Below are positions 34,334 through 41,865 of a stretch of DNA of 41,865 bases, one piece after another. The position numbers were made by a program, and so were the translations under genes. The notes under the pieces were generated by a model. The model was not told the DNA's origin, searched no databases, and saw only the letters and a list, made by a program, of their open reading frames with translations. Numbering within the stretch: position 1 is the first letter of the stretch; each line of letters opens with the position of its first letter. The stretch is from an uncultured Nitrososphaerales archaeon (lineage in GTDB: Archaea; Thermoproteota; Nitrososphaeria; Nitrososphaerales; Nitrososphaeraceae): contig CAVPXM010000048.1 of the NCBI GenBank assembly GCA_963709405.1, positions 1-41,865 on the forward strand, in the 5' to 3' direction.

Positions 34334-34930
34334 GTATATTTAGACATAGTCAATCTGTATTTTCCTTAAGTCTTCTGATTCTTATAATCGGTATGTTGGA
34401 CTGTACAACAAATATAGACAGAGTAAGAGCAACATCGGTTACAGACAATCGGACTAGTGCTGCAACTAATTTTACAGGTCAGACAATACCGCAAAACAAC
34501 GTTACTTCAAGCCAGTCATCTGACATAAGAGACATTAGAAAGCTGACTTCTGAAGAAGTTCAGCTCGCTTAAAAGTATGGGCCAAGAATTTAGCAGAACA
34601 ACTACACAGAGTCAATTTGCGGCTTTAGGCATCTTCCTTTTAGGTATATCTTTAATTATCTATGGATTGAGACTTACCCTTAGGGCAACAGATAAACAAA
34701 CAAGTAGGTATTTTAAAGCAATGATATGGGCATTAATTATTCCTGTTGTTGTGCTTATTGCAGTTTATCAGATTGGAGTACTACTAGGAAACCCCATACT
34801 GATTTATAAAGTGAATGAACCCTTTTTCTTCGTATCCCTCCTCCTATTAATTCCCGCCATCATAGTCATATTCCTATTGATAGCCGAGAGGAAATTGGTG
34901 GGCCGTTTGCATCAAAAGGATCAACAATAA
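34327..34930 (+). CDS. Membrane protein (signal peptide plus 3 TM) split by one extra C at 34566
   Basis: Removing C34566 fuses 34327..34572 and 34577..34930 as EEVQLLKSMGQEF. Confidence 0.75.
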
Positions 34931-35228
34931 TGACAACCTTATTAGAGATGCACATCAGTCGACAGTTTTCGCAGTAACGGTCTCTCGCGATCTAATATGT
35001 GTCTTTCTGTAATAAATTTTCAATTACTGATTACAGGTTGCTAGATTTGGATAGTAGAGAACTGAACAGGTAGCAGTAGTTACTTGTGTTAATGTCAGTT
35101 AATCCAAGTATCTCATAGGATCTTGATTCTAGTAAGGGCGTTCCTTAATCGTAGTAAACTAGAATAACGATTATTCTATGTGGAATGCGTCACACTCATA
35201 GATTCTTCCTTGTTTTTATACAATACTA

Positions 35229-36279
35229 GATCTCTTGCGTAATTAGCAGTTATGATCTATTAATGCTGCCTATTTTGACTGTATTCTTAGATTGAAATCC
35301 TGTTAGACTGCATCACTCTGAAGTTCAGTATACCGGATACAATATCAGATATGTTATTGTACCTTCTTAGTTTGTTTCTGAACTTCAGTACCCATTATTC
35401 CAAACTTCTTGATCTTGCATATGGTGTGTTCTACTATCTATGATCCTGAGTCTTGAGTGATTCTTGTTGTATCTCATATCGTCAATTGAAAGCAAGGTAT
35501 TCTTTTTCTTTCTAATGGGAAATACAGACTTCACTGGGAAAGTCCTTTTCAATACCAAGATAACCAAGATCAACTATATTGTCAACTTGTGATGGAGTTA
35601 TAGTAGGATGATTGTGTTTGTAAATGTCATAATCATGTTTTCTTCCATTACTATGACCTGTCTTATGCAGGATCAAACCTTCAGTATTAACCATCAATTG
35701 TGTCTTGACAGTATGTTTCCTCTTTCTACCTGAATAGTAACTCTTTCTCTTTCTCTTGTTCTTAGGTCTTGGAATTTCCTGTTCTGTAGAGTCTATGAAA
35801 GCCTTGAATCCAGGAAAGTACTGTTCAACTTCATCTATAGTTCTTAATCTCTTAGTACGTTTGTATATCTTCTTTGGCAATGGGATACACTCCTTTAGCA
35901 AAGATTCTAGGATAGTCAAATCTCTAAATACATTGCTCTGGTCAAGATCAAATAGAAATCCCGATAATGCATATGTAATGTACAATCGATAATAAACCAA
36001 AAGCATTAGAAGTCTTTCTCTTGGTTTCAGTTTAAACGGTCTACCGGCACCAACATCTCTTTTCCTCTTCCTTTTAGAAAGACGTCTTCTTTCATATTCC
36101 TCATATTTCGAGTCCATTTCTGTGCTTATTTGATCAAATTCTGGTACAGTTAGTCCAGTAAGTGACCTGAATAACAAAGGCTTTTTGCATAGTCTTCTAT
36201 ATGACATCAAAGAGATATCACATAAATATCCTATATGACGTCGAAATATAGCTGTAAGCTTCTAATTACGCAAGAGATC
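35229..36279 (-). mobile_element. IS5-family (ISL2-like, DDE_Tnp_4 type) IS; transposase 35385..36210 with a frameshift near 35530
   Basis: FRSLTGLT..EF, GAGRP, IDSTEQEIPRP, YYSGRKRKHTVKTQ, HDY, DLGYLG. Perfect 20-bp inverted match including the flanking TA: TAGATCTCTTGCGTAATTAG at 35227-35246 and 36262-36281. Confidence 0.92.
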
Positions 36280-36611
36280 TAATAAGTATATTGTCTACTA
36301 TAAAATTCATGTGCAGGTCAATGGCAGTCATAATAACATAATCATAGCTTCTAGACAGACTCATCAGCAGTCATCAAGTAGCGAATCGAATTCTGAAAAT
36401 CCTGATTATAGCAAGTGATCTTATGAGGTGAATAGAAACAATTGAAAAAATTAGTAATAACTAGCTTTGGCGTACTCTCATCTAGTCAGAGTTCATGGAT
36501 TAGACAAAGGCCAAGTCAAGTTTTACTTTGTCGAAGAAGTGAGAACGGAATGAAAATGATGTTATTGAGTTTTGACTGTCCAAAGGGTTCAGATTCAGCT
36601 TCGTGGTTAAA

Positions 36612-37164
36612 TTGAAAGCGTTAATCGGCATTACTGGAATCTTGGTGATGTTAAGTACCTTTATACCAACGGCTATGGCGAGCGACTACGGGATATTGGA
36701 CCCCAAGCGACTCATATGTCACACCGGACTTGAAGAAATATCATATATTTTTGGACGCGACGTTTCCGTCGTCTGCGTTTAGAGCTGCTAAACTCATAAA
36801 CGAAAATCTCACGGCCTGTTTAGACTTTTCAAACTATAGCAAACCCAATCCGCTTGTCTGTCATCCAATAAAGGAAAGTGATATACCGTCAACTAATGAT
36901 AGTATAATGGACGCGGGCTTTTTCGTGGTATCAAGTAAGTTGAACGCCAGTGATGCTGAAGCATGTGTTGCAATTGGATACCGTCATATGTATTCCTGTT
37001 GGGGTGGAAGAATTGAATCCAAGGATCCATATGATATTAAGCTTTATTATGATATGGATCGGCTGATATATGATGACGTATATGCATATGATGGATGTCT
37101 TAACGATAACCACCTTAAGTCAGGTACGAAAGATTTCGATTTCTGTCTAAAGATGCTCAATTAA
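36612..37164 (+). CDS. Secreted Cys-containing hypothetical protein; one extra G at 36680
   Basis: TTG at 36612 gives the signal peptide MKALIGITGILVMLSTFIPTAMA. Removing G36680 joins it to ATTGYWTPSDSYVTPD-LKKYHIF (ORF 36730..37164). Confidence 0.72.
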
Positions 37165-37485
37165 ATGGGAGATTGTGAAATGAAAATAATAATTAGTGCA
37201 GTTGCGGTCTTGGTATTATTGGCCGTCGTGCCATCGGTTATGGCAATGCCGATGCCGGAGACTTTTGCCGACGGATGGTATGATGCATACAATAACTGGG
37301 TGCGTTCTGGAGCGAAGCCAGACGACGACTCGTCACATTCAGAGCTATATTATAATGGATTTAACACAGGATGGAAATACGCAAGAGAACATGTTAAAGT
37401 GATTGTGGAACAGGGTCATGTGCTCACAGATATGAAGGCCTGCGGCATATATCATTGCATGGAGAGCAGGCCAATATACCCATGA
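37165..37485 (+). CDS. Secreted hypothetical protein
   Basis: Signal peptide MKIIISAVAVLVLLAVVPSVMA (likely start 37180); DGWYDA and HS..YYNGF..GW motifs. Confidence 0.7.
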   Translation: MGDCEMKIIISAVAVLVLLAVVPSVMAMPMPETFADGWYDAYNNWVRSGAKPDDDSSHSELYYNGFNTGWKYAREHVKVIVEQGHVLTDMKACGIYHCMESRPIYP

Positions 37486-38012
37486 ACAAGGCCTACCACG
37501 AATGGCCCCATGGAGTCTCTTTGAAGAATACGATAAAGGATTTTATGCTGGATTCGACGCGCCACAAGACACACTGCCCCCTGGTGTGGATGGCTACCTG
37601 GTTAATAGAATGACGAAGTTGCGGAACCACGACTAGTCCAAGCCATTGAAGTAATAAATGGAGTTTGGGGGGCGCGCCGTTTTCCTATTCTCATGCCTAC
37701 GTCGTTCTATCTTTTCATTTATGAGTCATCTTCTGAAATCACGCAACAAATAATTTATCGCAGGTCTTTGACCATACCATCGCTGTATTGTTTTAACTTG
37801 CTGGGCGCATTCTGAATTGATGGTCCTAGGGATTCTAACCAAACGTGAAATTATGGATGGGTTATGTTTCCTTTTTTATTCGCAGGGAAGTCTTCTGAAA
37901 ATTGTATAAAATTATTGGTGATAACTTTTCCGTATGAGGCTATAAATTTTGCAAATACGTCCTCTTCCTAGGATACGCCAACGATAAATAATGCGAGGTC
38001 GATGTAAAATAA

Positions 38013-38766
38013 ATGACAGATAAACAAGTTGCAATCATAACTGGTGGCAGTTCTGGCATTGGAAGGGCAACTGCAGTTGCTCTTGCGAAAGATGGAGTTA
38101 AGGTTACGATAGCTCGCGCGCCGTGCTACAGAAGGAGAGGAAACCGTGCAATTAGTCAAAGAAGCTGGAAGTGAGGGCATATTTGTAAGGACAGATGTGA
38201 CAAAGGAAGATGATGTCAAGTCGCTTGTTGAGAAAACAGTCAAGGTATATGGTAGACTTGATTATGCATTTAATAATGCTGGGATAGAAGAAATGATGAC
38301 GCCATTCGTAGAGCAGACATCTGATACCTTTGATCAGATCATGAATGTAAATGTCAAAGGCGTATGGTTGTCTATGAAATATGAAATTCCTGAGATGATT
38401 AGAAGCGGTGGTGGAGCAATAGTAAACAATTCTTCCGTAGCAGGCGTAATGGGATTTCCACAAATGCCGATTTATATCGCAAGCAAACATGCTGTGCTTG
38501 GACTGACCAAATCAGCTGCACTAGAATACGCCAAATCTGGAATCAGAATAAACGCTGTTGCTCCAGGTGGAGTTGAAACTAATATGGCTAAACGAGTAGT
38601 AGAGCATAATCACCAATTTCTAGAAACTTTAACATCCATGCATCCAATTGGACGCATTGCAGAGCCTGAAGAGATTGCTAATGCAGTAGTTTGGTTATTG
38701 TCTGATAAGGCATCTTTTGTCTTAGGTCACACATTGTTAATTGATGGGGGAATGGTTAGTAGATGA
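38013..38766 (+). CDS. Short-chain dehydrogenase/reductase; one extra C at 38115
   Basis: ATG at 38013 gives MTDKQVAIITGGSSGIG. Removing C38115 gives IAARRATEGEETVQLV. NNAG, YIASK and IDGG motifs follow. Confidence 0.92.
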
Positions 38767-38948
38767 GTCAAAAGGTTGCCGTTGTTACTGGTAGATCAAG
38801 TGGCATGGGATTTGAAACTTCCCTTATGCTGGCAAGAAGCGGATTTCATACTTTTGCAACAATGCGTAAGATAGACGGAGCAGGAGGATCAAAGGAGATA
38901 TCAGACATTGCAAAAATGAGAATCTCAAAAGAATCAGTATGGTTATGA
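38763..38948 (+). pseudogene. N-terminal fragment of a second SDR
   Basis: KVAVVTG.SSGMG.ETSL.LAR.GF.TFATMR, then truncated. Confidence 0.8.
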
Positions 38949-39037
38949 AACACAGTGACCGAGCATCATGACGATTTTTTATGCGTCTTAACCTAACCTA
39001 GCTTTAGTAAGCCTATTGACTTTTCTATTACTCCTTA

Positions 39038-39298
39038 TCAATCGTCATCGTATTCTCTGATTTCATTAGCCTCTTCCTCAGATATGACTTTAGTAACAAT
39101 GGCGGCCTCTTCGGCACGGTTCTCCCTTTCGTATTTCGTACGAAGATATGATAATGCATGAATCTTATCCCAGCCATTTTCTTTTGCCAATCGCTTAGCC
39201 TCTTTTTTGATGTACCTTTCGCTGTCCGATTCTATAACCTGCCTAAATGTCTTCAAGCGTCTCATCGTATTAGAATGATTTGTGTTTATTGCCGGCAA
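39038..39298 (-). CDS. Small charged helical hypothetical protein
   Basis: 86-aa ORF with protein-like composition; no motif recognised. Confidence 0.5.
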   Translation of the reverse strand: MPAINTNHSNTMRRLKTFRQVIESDSERYIKKEAKRLAKENGWDKIHALSYLRTKYERENRAEEAAIVTKVISEEEANEIREYDDD

Positions 39299-39638
39299 TT
39301 TGTAAATTGTGGTATAATGAACTGCCGATACGAGCTGTTAATCGGTTAAGTGCAGATTTATATGAGTACCTGCTAAATGATCACCTTCCTTACTTACGGT
39401 CACAATATTATTACTGTTATTCGAGTACTCTCACAGTTGTTATAGTATATACAAATAAACCATTTCCGAGCTGAAGTGATTTTTTTGCTTTATGATACTA
39501 GATGAAGAACAATTAACCGGCCTGACATACAAATATGTGTGAAATCATCTTAGACAGTATGAAGAATAATATAACATATACATTCAGAAAGCACGTAAAG
39601 AAGTCTACGCATGTAATATATGTATAGAGTGATAAAAT

Positions 39639-41329
39639 GGCTCTGTAAAGTTAAGATAACAAATTATTGTTATGATGACTAACAAATAAATCCAACCATT
39701 TTTGTATGTGTTGCAATTTACACTTACTTTTTCTACAAGGAAAATAATCATCGAAATATTTTGTTCTATCTTTGATGTATTGTACCGTCCTTTCTATGAT
39801 ACTTTTCTCATATGGAGAATGGATGTGATGGTGCAGTCTCAAGAATCTACAAGCCTGTGGATACCATGTACCTCCATCAGTTGAAACAGGATAGATGTTC
39901 TCCATATCTTTTTACAAGGTTTAATATAAAACGTTCTGCAACAAACATGTTTCTCTCTTTTGATATGCTTATTTGAAGGATTTCTCGGTTATCATTCATT
40001 TTCAATGGCTATCCATAACCAGATATATTCGGAACCAACTTTAATGATAGTTTCATCAATTATAAATTCGGTAATACGTATCTATCTTTCTGGAACTTAA
40101 CATCTCTGGTTTATATTTTTGAATCCAGTCTCTGATGGCAGTATGACTTCTTTTAACAAATCTAGACACAGCTTTGGAAGTATTTCTTAATGAAAGACCA
40201 AGGAAATACAGATACAGAGAATATGCTATATCCTCAGGTTCTGTTCTCTTTCTTATTTGACACATCATAACCTATATCGGAGTCATAAAGCTATAGATTT
40301 TTCTGCTTTGTTGCATGATTCATTATGTTGTAAGTGATATTTATTTGACCACTGCGCATTTAGCTCTACTAATAGTAATTATTCTGATATGATTGACTGG
40401 CCTTCGTACAATGAATCACTAGTCAGACGTGGTCAAGTACTCTTGGATTTTGATGTACTTGATGAATGGGATCATGAATTATCTCAAATGAATGAAGGTA
40501 AGGTTGGTGAGCCCTATGACTACCCAGATTCATTTATGCAGCTTCTAGGTTACATGAGAGCATATTTCCATCTACCATATAGACGAACACAGGGTGTAGT
40601 CATAGCTCATGCGAGTAAAAAAGTTCCAGGCATACCAGATTATAGTACTATTAGTAGACGCATAAACAAACTGGAAATTAAAATCAATGAAAGATTGGGA
40701 AATGATATTGTCATTGCTTTAGACAGCACTGGCATTAAAGTAGCTAATCGTGGAGAATGGATACGACACAAATGGCATGTTAGAAAAGGATATCTAAAGA
40801 TACATGTGGCAGTTGACATCAAGAGGAAAAGAATCCTGTCTTTGGAGGTAACAAGTGAAGAGGTACATGATGGTAGGATACTAAAGAAGTTAGTAGATAA
40901 TGCTTCTGAAAATAATAATCTGAAGGGTATATTAGCAGACGGTATGTACAGATAGCAATAACAATTTTAGATACCTATCAAAGAACCACATTAAACCTGG
41001 TATAAAGACAAGAAGTAATTCCAAGGTCAAGTCAACTAACTGTCATGCTAGGAATATGTCTGTAGTAAAACAACAAGCAAACTTCAAAAGATGGAAGCGA
41101 AGCATGAGCTATGGACATAGATGGATGGCAGAAATAGTATTCTCTTCTATTAAAAGAATGTTCGGAGAACATGTAACAGCTAGAAAATTTTCTAACATGG
41201 TAAAGGAGATCTTCCTAAAGGCAACTCTGTATAACATGTTCAATCGAATGACATAACCATCAGCATAAATGAACTAAAATCCTAATGGATCATGCAACAG
41301 AGCAGATTTTTCCTTAACTTTACAGAGCC
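39639..41329 (-). mobile_element. IS6-family IS (degraded transposase 39651..40268) containing a nested IS
   Basis: Perfect 17-bp IRs GGCTCTGTAAAGTTAAG (39639-39655) and CTTAACTTTACAGAGCC (41313-41329). 8-bp duplication GATAAAAT at 39631-39638 and 41330-41337. Motifs LYFLGLSLR, DET and TDGGTWY. Confidence 0.93.
40304..41304 (+). mobile_element. IS5-family IS903-group element nested in the IS6; transposase 40389..41256 with a frameshift near 40950
   Basis: W..YNESLVRRG, PDYSTISRR, DSTGIKV...GEW, K.H.AVD, ADG.Y, Y..RW.AE..FS. 22-bp IRs (20/22 match) TGCTTTGTTGCATGATTCATTA. GATTTTTC duplicated at 40296-40303 and 41305-41312. Confidence 0.92.
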
Positions 41330-41865
41330 GATAAAATATATCGCACTGATAGTCGCCATAGTCTTAATGAGCGCGCCCTTAGTGCATGCATACTCATTTC
41401 CATTCTGGACAGAACTTAAGATACCTATGAATCCGGGCAACAGAACCATCCATGTCTTCATAAACCACGTTAACACATTAACGGATACGAGCATAATGCG
41501 TATCTGTGTAACTGATACTAATACGACACATGGACTGTGTCATTACATGAACCCTACGGAGGAAGAAGCCCGGATAAGAGGTAATGACGTAAATGTTTCA
41601 GCGGGATTTTTTACATTTCCGATTGATCAGGCTCCGTTCACGTACAGAGAACGAGATACAAGTCTGTCTTAAGGTATTAGATCTGCACAGCGAGCAATGC
41701 ACATCGTATAACATTAATTTTGCCGCTGAGAATGAGACACTCTCTATAGACCGTAGGGACGTAGTTCCAGTATCCTCTAAAGGAACACTATATGATAAAG
41801 GTAATGCTCTTATTGAACAAGGCAATTACACGCAAGCTATACAATCCTTCGATAAGGCTTTAGCA
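41330..41865 (+). CDS. Secreted TPR-repeat protein, separated from its GTG start (39629) by the IS6; frameshift near 41640; runs off the window
   Basis: Signal peptide IKYIALIVAIVLMSAPLVHA. After a +1 shift the frame reads ENEIQVCL...LYDKGNALIEQGNYTQAIQSFDKALA, a canonical TPR. Confidence 0.75.

Overview
AT-rich archaeal chromosome segment. Gene content points to an ammonia-oxidising archaeon of the Nitrososphaeraceae (Nitrososphaerota); this is inferred from gene families, not from a search. The core (about 12.4-30.3 kb) is the replication-origin neighbourhood: fen, two-domain thyX, cdvA, acetyl-CoA synthetase, cbiE, PolD small subunit, cdc6/orc1, an ORB-containing oriC, two uncharacterised DNA-binding genes, GGGP synthase and PolD large subunit. 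Both flanks are accessory DNA with seven IS elements (IS6 x2, IS5-family x3, IS630 x2, one nested), small secreted or membrane proteins and gene remnants. There are three main observations. (1) An oriC-adjacent two-gene operon (HTH protein plus membrane-anchored coiled-coil wHTH protein) carries a dense YGTGAT repeat cluster inside its coding sequence, and oriC holds a second TGTTAA cluster; together these are a candidate origin-tethering or segregation system. (2) Six independent +1 frameshifts, including one in the essential PolD large subunit, all read GCTCGC/GCGAGC where GCTGC/GCAGC restores the protein, which suggests systematic base-calling error at a modified GCWGC motif. (3) A nested IS903-like-in-IS6 insertion can be fully reconstructed at a gene's start codon. 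No rRNA, tRNA or CRISPR array was seen.
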